Made by a program: the position numbers and the translations under genes
The notes under the pieces: generated by a model
What the model saw: only the letters and a program-made list of their open reading frames with translations
Told to the model about the DNA's origin: nothing
Databases searched by the model: none
In this document: in pieces, positions 56,935 to 64,000 of the stretch
How the letters are laid out: every line of letters begins with the position of its first letter
How positions within the stretch are numbered: position 1 is the stretch's first letter
Assembly: GCA_964594835.1 (NCBI GenBank)
Contig: CAZQNA010000002.1
Location: 64,001-128,000 of the forward strand
Direction: 5' to 3'
From: an uncultured Nitrososphaerota archaeon
GTDB taxonomy: Archaea; Korarchaeota; Korarchaeia; Korarchaeales; Korarchaeaceae
DNA length: 64,000 nucleotides

Positions 56935-58710
56935 CTACCCCTCGTACTTCCTCTTCAGCTCTTGGTACAGCTCCTCAGAGATCTCCCCCCTCCTGTACCT
57001 CTCCTCGAGCTTTTTCAGGACCTCAGACCGATGGTCAGCCTTCTCCAGGCCTTGACCGCCCCTCCTCCTCAGCAGCGCGAGCGCCGCAAGCGCAGAAGCC
57101 AGGGCGGCCGCGCCGAGGATCGCCCACGTCCGACCTCCGAGACCCCCGGCGGACGCGCGTCCCGGCTCGGTGGTCGGAGAGCTGGTGGCAGCCCCCGTTG
57201 GCTCGGTGGTGGGGGGCGCGGTCGAGCCGGGGACGCCTCCGGGGCCGGGCTGCGCGGGGGACATCGGAGGCCTCGGCGTCCCGCGGGGGCGTCCGCCGAA
57301 CTCGTAGGGCCCGATGTCGGGCCCGTCTCCCACGGGTCTCCGTGCAGAGTCAAGGTCGAAGGGCGTGTACCTCTCCGGGTAGCCTGCGTCGATCGCCGGG
57401 GAGCCTGGGGAGAGGTGGTAGTCGTCCGACTCGGGGTCGACGAACTCGGGGTCAGCGGTCAGGCTGTGGGCCCCGTTTCCGGTCGCGCGGGTCCAGGCGC
57501 CCGAGGCGATGTCCTCCCGGGTCACGTCCCTCTGCTCGCCCTCCAGCCATATCTCGGAGTCGGCCCTGCTGTACCATATGTTGTGGTCCTCCACGAACTC
57601 CACGCCCGCGCCGATGTAGATCCCGACGGGCTCGTCCGGAGGACCGTTGAACGCGAAGATCGAGCTGTACACCATGACCCTCAGGTCGTCCTGGGGGGCG
57701 AGGGGCTCGGGCTCCGGGTATCCCGCAACAAGGGAGTAGGCCCTGTTCTCGATGGAGTTGAAGGCAACGAGGGAGTTCAGGACCATGTAATTTCCGTTGT
57801 AAACCAGGTCTATCCCCGTGAGGCCGTTCCTGTAGATCGCCGTGTTCTGAACGAACCCCGTGGTCCAGAGTTTCACCCCCTCCATGCCGTTGTGGTGGAC
57901 CTTGCAGCGGTCCACGAGCCCAGCGTAGAAGATGCCGTAGAGGGGGTTTCTGGACCCCAGGTCGACGCCGTCCCCGCCGTTGTGGTGGATGTCGCACCCA
58001 ATCACTATCCACTGCTCCCCCGACTCAGCGCCTATCCCGTCGGCCCCGAAGCCGCCCTCGGCCCCGTTCCCGTAGATGGACGACCAGGCCACGGTCACGT
58101 CCGAGCAGGGGCCGGGGGTGCAGTCTATGCCCGAGTACAGGTTGTCGTGGATCAGCGAACGGGCCACGGTGACGTTGTCCACGGGCCCGTTCGCCGGCTG
58201 CTGTCCGCTGTAGCCCGTGGTCATGTGTATCCCCACCTCGCAGCCCGCCGCCTCGACCTCCTCCAAGTGGACGTGACTGTTGCCGCCGTGGAGGGAGATG
58301 CACCAGACGTCCGCCCCGAGCACCCTCAGGTTGAGGAGCCTCACGTGAGACACCCCGGGGGCGAGCGTGATCCCGTTAGAGCCCAGACCGGAGGCGTCCA
58401 CGATCACGACCTCGCCCTCCGCCCCCCTGATCTCTATCGGGGCGTCCGGGGTACCCGAGACGTTGATCACAACCGCCTCGTGGTAGGTCCCTCCCCTGAT
58501 CACGAGGGTGTCCCCGGGCTCGAGCTCGGAGACCCCCCTTGATATGGTGGCCCAGGGCCTCGACTCGGTCCCCGGGTTGGAGTCGCTCCCGTCGGGCGAC
58601 ACGTAGAACGTCCTCCCGCCCCCCTCCGCCCAGCCCCGGGCGACCGCCAGCGCGAGCAGGGTCAGGGAGAGGAGGGCCGCGGAGAGCACGAGAAGGTGCC
58701 TCTTGTCCAT
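56935..58710 (-). CDS. Secreted right-handed beta-helix protein (DUF1565-like N-terminus) with C-terminal TM and SHOCT-like tail
   Basis: YVSPDGSDSNPGT...PW.TI, GDT..IRGGTY, repeated IHDN/IYGN/IHHN strands, SPAIDAG...PDIGPYE; LEERYRRGEISEELY. Confidence 0.8.
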   Translation of the reverse strand: MDKRHLLVLSAALLSLTLLALAVARGWAEGGGRTFYVSPDGSDSNPGTESRPWATISRGVSELEPGDTLVIRGGTYHEAVVINVSGTPDAPIEIRGAEGEVVIVDASGLGSNGITLAPGVSHVRLLNLRVLGADVWCISLHGGNSHVHLEEVEAAGCEVGIHMTTGYSGQQPANGPVDNVTVARSLIHDNLYSGIDCTPGPCSDVTVAWSSIYGNGAEGGFGADGIGAESGEQWIVIGCDIHHNGGDGVDLGSRNPLYGIFYAGLVDRCKVHHNGMEGVKLWTTGFVQNTAIYRNGLTGIDLVYNGNYMVLNSLVAFNSIENRAYSLVAGYPEPEPLAPQDDLRVMVYSSIFAFNGPPDEPVGIYIGAGVEFVEDHNIWYSRADSEIWLEGEQRDVTREDIASGAWTRATGNGAHSLTADPEFVDPESDDYHLSPGSPAIDAGYPERYTPFDLDSARRPVGDGPDIGPYEFGGRPRGTPRPPMSPAQPGPGGVPGSTAPPTTEPTGAATSSPTTEPGRASAGGLGGRTWAILGAAALASALAALALLRRRGGQGLEKADHRSEVLKKLEERYRRGEISEELYQELKRKYEG

Positions 58711-58927
58711 TAAAGGGGTCAAGTTTTGTATGTCTTAAGGTTTTTCGAACTAGTCTGTTTCAGCGTGAAGACTCCCCGCGGGGAAGAGGGGGACTGATCC
58801 CGCTCCAACCGCCTCCGCGCTCTGCCCCTAGTGAAACCGCCTCAGGACCGCCCCTTCCGCCCGCCCGCGCCCCTGCACACCTGTAATCATTTATTACAGG
58901 AGGCAAATACAGTACGCACGTCGAGAA

Positions 58928-59179
58928 TTGAGCGCCGTGATCAGCTTCAGAGTTGACAGGAAGCTCAAGGAGAGGATGGACAGGTTGAGGCACGTCAACT
59001 GGAGCGCCGTGGTGAGGAGGGCCATCGAGGAGGTCGTCAGGCGGGAGGAGGCGATGATGCGTCGTAAGGGCAGGTCCGCCATGCGGGCGGCCGCCATCAG
59101 GACGGATACGCTCCGCAGGGAGGTGCCCGGTTGGAGCGGGGTGGAGGAGGTAAGGCGCTGGAGAGAGGCGAGGCGGTGA
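58928..59179 (+). CDS. VapB-type RHH antitoxin
   Basis: VISFRV...LK..M...VNWS.VVR.AIEE pattern; overlaps the PIN gene. Confidence 0.8.
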   Translation: MSAVISFRVDRKLKERMDRLRHVNWSAVVRRAIEEVVRREEAMMRRKGRSAMRAAAIRTDTLRREVPGWSGVEEVRRWREARR

Positions 59180-59586
59180 TCGACGCCTCCGTGGTGGTGA
59201 AGTGGTTTGTGAGGGAGGAGTACACGGAGGAGTCCCTCAGGCTCAGGGACGCCTACGTCGACGGCCTGGTGGACCTCCTCGCCCTGTGTCTCCTGCCCAT
59301 GGAGGTTCTCAGCGCCCTGAAGCACTCCGGGGGATTCGGGGAGGATGAACTGAAGGAGGTCTCCTCGGTCCTCGAGGGCTACCAGTTCACCCTGTACGAC
59401 CTATCGGGAAGCTACGCGGAGAGGACCGTCGAGGTCGCCATGAGAAAGGGTCTGACAATATACGACGCCTCTTACGTGGCGCTCGCCCTGATTAACAAGA
59501 CCCTCCTGTACACGGCCGAAGAGAGGCTCATCAGAAAGGCGTCGAGCCTAGGAGTGGTGAGGCACGTGGCCGAGTTCACACCCTGA
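59176..59586 (+). CDS. VapC-type PIN toxin
   Basis: VIDASVVVKWF, E, and TIYDASYVALA motifs. Confidence 0.85.
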   Translation: MIDASVVVKWFVREEYTEESLRLRDAYVDGLVDLLALCLLPMEVLSALKHSGGFGEDELKEVSSVLEGYQFTLYDLSGSYAERTVEVAMRKGLTIYDASYVALALINKTLLYTAEERLIRKASSLGVVRHVAEFTP

Positions 59587-59654
59587 TGGAGGCTGGCGGC
59601 TGGGCGGCCACCGGCTGGTTGACACCTTCTCCCTCCGCCGCGGTCGCCCGGGGC

Positions 59655-60992
59655 TCAGGTCACCTCCGGGGGGGACTCGGGGTAGGCCCTCAGCCTGGCC
59701 TCCAGGGGGCAGCCTCCCCCGCACGCGCTGAAGAACGGGCAGGCCCGGCAGGCGTCTCCGGCGAACCCCCTTGACCTTATGGCCTCGCAGAGCGGGTGGT
59801 CCCATATGGGGCCCCAGTCGTCCCTCAGGATGTTGCCGAGGGGCTCGTAGTAGCTCTGGCAGGGTATCACGGTCCCGTCGGGCTCGACGGCCATGGTTAT
59901 CGAGCAGGCCGAGCAGAACTTCACCCCGAACTGGTGCTCCAGCGGGTTGAGCTCGCAGTACCTGGTGACGCCGTACCACCTGAACTCCATGTCCCTCTCC
60001 GCCGCGGCGTCCGCCATCTCCTCCAGAGCCTCGAGCGTCTCCTCCGGCGTGGGCTCGAACCACTCCCTCACCTCCAGGCCCCTGCCGCTGTATATGAGCC
60101 GGTTGGCCGACACTGCGTCCGCCCCCAGCTCGTCGGCCAGCTCGACCAGCCCGACGACGTCGCCCAAGTTCAGCCTGCTGAGGGTGGCGTTGACGTCAAC
60201 GTATATCCCGAGGTCCGCCACGTTCCTGATCCCCTCGACGGTCTCCCTCCAGCTCCCGGGGACCTGGGTTATCCTCTCGTGGACCTCAGGCCTGTGGGAC
60301 TCCAGCGTGACCTGAACGTAGTCCAGCCCCGCCCGCACGAGGGCCTCGGCGAAGGACCTGTCCGCCAGCCTCCTGCCGTTCGTCACCAGCCCCGCCACCA
60401 GCCCGAGCCGCTGGGCCTCCCACACGAGGTCCACCAAGTCGTCCCTCAGGGTCGGCTCTCCTCCCGTGAATACGACGTTCGGTACTCCGAGGTCTGCGAC
60501 CCTCCTCAGGACCTTTCTCCACTCCTCCGTGCCCAGTTCGGGCTTCTGGGACTCGGGGGATCCGCTGTAGCAGTGGACGCACCTGTTGTTGCACCTATAG
60601 GTGAGGGCTAGGTCCATCCTGAATGGCGCCGAGGTCCTGACGGAGAGGGGGTCGACCCTCGCGAACCCGAGGTCGGTGATGGGGCAGACCTCCTCCGCGT
60701 CTAGGAAGGCCTTGAGCCTCCTGACGAAGTCCCAGTAGTCCCTCTCCGCCCTCTCCCTCGTGAGCCCGCGAAACGCCCTCACGGCCCTCTTTACCGCGAC
60801 CTCCGGTGGGTCCCCGCTGAGAAACGACTCAGCGAAGAGGGTGCCCGATCTGTTGAGGTACGCGGACCTCCTGGCGGCCACCACCAGCACCCCGACGCCC
60901 GACGGGTCCACCCTCAGGTGGACCTTCTGGCCCCTGTAGACGAAGCTTCGCATCCGCGCCTTCCCCCTGCCGCTCCTCCCTCCGACTCCCAT
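59655..60992 (-). CDS. Radical SAM/SPASM protein with N-terminal PqqD-like RiPP recognition element
   Basis: CNNRCVHC, FTGGEP and TNG motifs; SPASM CSAC...DG.VIPC...CRACPF...CGGGCP; N-terminal YLNRSG beta3-alpha3 pattern. Confidence 0.9.
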   Translation of the reverse strand: MGVGGRSGRGKARMRSFVYRGQKVHLRVDPSGVGVLVVAARRSAYLNRSGTLFAESFLSGDPPEVAVKRAVRAFRGLTRERAERDYWDFVRRLKAFLDAEEVCPITDLGFARVDPLSVRTSAPFRMDLALTYRCNNRCVHCYSGSPESQKPELGTEEWRKVLRRVADLGVPNVVFTGGEPTLRDDLVDLVWEAQRLGLVAGLVTNGRRLADRSFAEALVRAGLDYVQVTLESHRPEVHERITQVPGSWRETVEGIRNVADLGIYVDVNATLSRLNLGDVVGLVELADELGADAVSANRLIYSGRGLEVREWFEPTPEETLEALEEMADAAAERDMEFRWYGVTRYCELNPLEHQFGVKFCSACSITMAVEPDGTVIPCQSYYEPLGNILRDDWGPIWDHPLCEAIRSRGFAGDACRACPFFSACGGGCPLEARLRAYPESPPEVT

Positions 60993-62692
60993 CAGCCAGC
61001 ACCCCCTCCGGCGCAGGCGCAGGCGCACGACACGCAGGCGCACGCGCACGCGCAGGACACGCAGGCGCAGACGCAGGAGCTCACGGCCGCCCTCGTCCGG
61101 CTCCTCGGCCTGGTCCTCTCGGGCGCTATGAGCCGGGCCACCCTGTCGGCCAGCCCCTCGGCGCTGTCCGCGACGGAGACGAAGACCGACTCGACCCCCC
61201 TGGCCACCTCGTCGGCTGCCTTCTCCAGGGACACGACCGGCCCCTCCGCCCTGCGCTCGATCTCCGTGACGGTCCTGGGCTCCCTCGCGGGCTCAGCCCC
61301 GGGGGCGCCGGGGGCGGGCCTGGTGGTTATGACCACGCCCCTGTCCCAGTCAGGCCACGTCCACCTCCAGATCCTGTACATCCACCAGTCGCTCGGCAGC
61401 ACGACTTGGGCAGGCTCCGGAGTTCTCATTGTCTCCCTGAGCCTCTCGAAGAAGTTCTCGTCTATCATGAGCCACTCGATCCACTCGTCCAGGACCTCCC
61501 TCTTCCTCTCGGGAGGCGCGGACTGGAGCTCCCTCCAACCCTCCGCGATCTTCTTGCGGTAGAAGTCGACCGTCTCCCTCCTGGAGAAGCCGGACAGCTT
61601 GCGGTAGGTGGCCCTGTGCACGGCCTTAATCAGCCTCGCGAGGCAGTCCTCGTCCAGGGAACCGTCGTCCTGGACGCAGCGGACGAGCCTCCTCAGGTAG
61701 TACCTCAGCGGGCCCCTGTCGTCCTTCACCCTGACCCTCAGGGGCCTCAGGCCCTCGAGCTCCAGGACGCCCGACTTGAGGCCCTCGACCAGGGCCACCG
61801 TAACGACCCTGGAGAACTCCCTCTTTCCGGATTCCAGCAGCATCAGGTATGCCGCCTCGGGCGGGTTCAACCTCTTCTGAGGACCCAGGGCCTCTATCCC
61901 TATCCAGGGGGGCTCGTACTCTTCCAGGTACCTCCTCGTCCGGGAGTAGAGGACGTAGGCCGCTATGAGCGCGAACGGGGCCAGAATAACCAGGACGCCG
62001 AGCAGCTGCCCGATCCTGTACAGCAGGCCCTTGGAGCCGGGCGCCTCGACGTAGTGCTCCACGTAGCGCGACGGGAAGCTCACCCCGACCTCGAACCTCT
62101 CCCCGGGGTAGAGGCCGCGCCTCTCCCAGTACAGGGCGACCCTCCCGTCGGCGCTCACGAGGTTATCGTAGTCCGGGTAGTTCCTGACTTCAGAGGGCTC
62201 CACGCCCTCCGGGAGGATCACCATGAGCCTGAGGTCCTCGACGGGCGCGTCCTCAAACCAGGAGGGGGCGAACTGGATCCCCACGTTGCCGGGGTTGGTC
62301 TCGTCGGCGTAGACGAAGTCCTCTACCAGCGCCGTGAACGTGAAGGTCCTAGACTCCCCCGCCTCTATGGGGCTGCTCGGGTGGAGCTCCACCGCGTAGT
62401 AGTCCCCCTCCCTGACCTCGTCGTAGTCCACGGGGAGCCCGGTGTCCAGCTCGCTCGCGTCCAACACCTCGAAGCTCCCGACAGGCATTCCGACCCTCAC
62501 GAACCTCCTGATGGACCCGGAGTCCACCGTCACGGTCAGATTGTAGCTCAGGAGGACCGTCCCGTCGCTGTCCACCTGCAGGACCACCCACTCGCGCGCG
62601 ATCCTGTAGGAGAGACCCTGCGCGGCCGCCGGCTGCGCCGTGGCGACGGCGGCTGCGGCAAGCAGAATCAGAGCCGCGGCCCTTCTGGACAT
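60992..62692 (-). CDS. Single-pass membrane protein (DUF2207-like ectodomain) with Cys-rich C-terminal tail
   Basis: Signal peptide, beta-rich ectodomain (VLQVDSDGTV), one TM, cytoplasmic domain ending SSCVCACVSCACACACVSCACACAGGGAG. Confidence 0.8.
   Translation of the reverse strand: MSRRAAALILLAAAAVATAQPAAAQGLSYRIAREWVVLQVDSDGTVLLSYNLTVTVDSGSIRRFVRVGMPVGSFEVLDASELDTGLPVDYDEVREGDYYAVELHPSSPIEAGESRTFTFTALVEDFVYADETNPGNVGIQFAPSWFEDAPVEDLRLMVILPEGVEPSEVRNYPDYDNLVSADGRVALYWERRGLYPGERFEVGVSFPSRYVEHYVEAPGSKGLLYRIGQLLGVLVILAPFALIAAYVLYSRTRRYLEEYEPPWIGIEALGPQKRLNPPEAAYLMLLESGKREFSRVVTVALVEGLKSGVLELEGLRPLRVRVKDDRGPLRYYLRRLVRCVQDDGSLDEDCLARLIKAVHRATYRKLSGFSRRETVDFYRKKIAEGWRELQSAPPERKREVLDEWIEWLMIDENFFERLRETMRTPEPAQVVLPSDWWMYRIWRWTWPDWDRGVVITTRPAPGAPGAEPAREPRTVTEIERRAEGPVVSLEKAADEVARGVESVFVSVADSAEGLADRVARLIAPERTRPRSRTRAAVSSCVCACVSCACACACVSCACACAGGGAG
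60995..61075 (-). repeat. Coding (Cys-X)n repeat: 10 Cys in 21 codons followed by AGGGAG
   Basis: TGC-GCC/GCG/GTG repeats with synonymous variation. Confidence 0.9.
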
Positions 62693-62736
62693 TGGTCGAG
62701 TGTGTGGGTGGGAACCTGGCCTAAAAACGGTTTGGA

Positions 62737-64000
62737 TCAGGTCGGCTTCACGGGCGGCGGCTCCTCCCTCCTGGCCGGCGCCTCGTGCACAAGCCTCCTC
62801 ACGACCCTCCTACTGGCCTTGTTGATCAGGTACGCGACGGCGAACATCCCGAGGATCGAGATGGGAGAGGAGAGCGATATCCGGGGACCTCCCATCCTCG
62901 AGACCGTGAAGAGAAGCCCCTCCAGGACGCTCATCACCGGGGCGAGGGCGAGGTAGGTGAAGAGCAGCCTGAGGGCCAGTATGAGCGAGGCGGCGCCCCC
63001 GGTTATCACCGTGATTATCCTCCTCTCAAAGTAGGTGTAGGTGTGCTGGAGGGTGGAGATGAACACCCCCATCGAGAGGACGGTCAGCAGGAACTGGAGG
63101 AGGGCCGTCTGGGTCACTAGGAGCTTTGATGCGCTGAGTATGAGGTAGATTATCACCAGCCTGATGAGGGAGCCGTACATCCACCTCCTGAACTCCACGT
63201 CCTCGACCACCCTGTTGGCGCCCTCGCTGAGTTCCTGGAGGAAGGACCTGACCACCTGGGGCAGCGTCCCGATCGCGGTTCCGGCCAGCCTGTGGACCCT
63301 CTTCGTCACCTCGGAGACCAGAGTGAGGTTAAACCCGTAGGCGAACATCGCCGCCAGGGCGACCACGAGCGGGAGCTGATTGAGGAGGCCGGCGATTGCT
63401 ATGAGCCCGAACTCCCCGGTGTTGGCCAGGACCATGGCCATCTCGGCCGCGTCCTGAGGCTCGAAGCCCGCCAGTATGGCCGAGGAGAAGATGACGAACC
63501 CCCTCAGCGCGTAGGCCACGATGGCCCAGATCAGGCCGTAGCCCGCGGCCAGCATGAAGGTACCCAGGTCGACGCTGGCCCGCAGGCCGAACGGGAACGA
63601 GGACACGAAGCCCAGGAGCGCGAGCATGAGGTACCCCTCGACGACGTGGAATGTCTCCCTGTCGAAGCCCCCCAGAGAGAGCATTATCGACCCTATGAAG
63701 ACGGGTATCGCCTCTGGCACGTGGAGGCTGTGCCCCACCGAGATGAGGAGGAACAAGTAGAGGAGGGTGGTCAGGACCCTCGCGTCCACCCGGTCGGTGG
63801 CCTTGAGGAACCTGTCGAAGGGCTTCGCCGCCAGGTACAGGACGGGTACCAGGAGGGCCGTGATCGCCAGGAGGTCTATCACCTCGGGCCTCAGGGCCGA
63901 GATGTCCCCCTCGCCAGCGAGCACGCCGAAGCTCACCAGGGCCACGGCCAGCGAGTCCTCCATGACGGAGAGGGCTATGCCGACGTTCGCGATCCTCTCC
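62737..64000 (-). CDS. Cation:proton antiporter (CPA2-like), 5' end outside window
   Basis: IAL.VMED and GEFGLI motifs; many TMs; frame open to the window edge. Confidence 0.72.
   Translation of the reverse strand, partial: ERIANVGIALSVMEDSLAVALVSFGVLAGEGDISALRPEVIDLLAITALLVPVLYLAAKPFDRFLKATDRVDARVLTTLLYLFLLISVGHSLHVPEAIPVFIGSIMLSLGGFDRETFHVVEGYLMLALLGFVSSFPFGLRASVDLGTFMLAAGYGLIWAIVAYALRGFVIFSSAILAGFEPQDAAEMAMVLANTGEFGLIAIAGLLNQLPLVVALAAMFAYGFNLTLVSEVTKRVHRLAGTAIGTLPQVVRSFLQELSEGANRVVEDVEFRRWMYGSLIRLVIIYLILSASKLLVTQTALLQFLLTVLSMGVFISTLQHTYTYFERRIITVITGGAASLILALRLLFTYLALAPVMSVLEGLLFTVSRMGGPRISLSSPISILGMFAVAYLINKASRRVVRRLVHEAPARREEPPPVKPT

Noticed and set aside
60995-61075. Microsatellite or CRISPR-like repeat
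   Set aside because: It is short, in-frame and synonymously varied with no spacers, so it is a protein-level repeat.
876-62956. Many long antisense or alternate-frame ORFs (e.g. 876-2192, 25809-27122, 36840-38189, 56644-58542, 61406-62956)
   Set aside because: Shadow ORFs expected at high GC; they overlap motif-supported genes and lack recognisable motifs.

Overview
A densely coding, GC-rich window from an archaeal chromosome. AGG/ATA codon usage, BRE/TATA promoters, xpb-bax1, GTPBP1 and HEPN-MNT pairs support this; the lineage is probably TACK-like but cannot be fixed from the window. Contents, left to right: (1) a molybdoenzyme/N-heterocycle catabolism island (xdhC, moeA, mocA, a MoaD/SAMP-like gene, two complete xanthine-dehydrogenase-family L/M/S sets, pyrB, a dihydroorotase/allantoinase-type amidohydrolase, a Liv-type ABC importer); (2) three HEPN-MNT pairs, one VapBC pair, other transporters and housekeeping genes; (3) an unusual CDC48-like double-AAA ATPase fused to a Lon protease domain, coupled to a membrane protein; (4) GTPBP1, a roadblock protein, a CDF transporter, a GNAT-ABC fusion and a CFI-box-CTERM surface protein; (5) an Fe-S/metal-cofactor operon, a ModE-like regulator and tupABC; (6) a Yip1/DUF4097-like/ArsR operon with a perfect operator palindrome; (7) xpb-bax1 and a secreted beta-helix protein. 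The best candidate for an undescribed system is at 59.7-62.7 kb: a single-pass membrane protein whose cytoplasmic tail ends in CVCACVSCACACACVSCACAC-AGGGAG (10 Cys in 21 aa), translationally coupled to an RRE-containing radical SAM/SPASM enzyme. Several genes appear to start at CTG or ACG. No rRNA, tRNA, CRISPR array or transposase was recognised. All calls come from motif recognition by eye; no searches were run.
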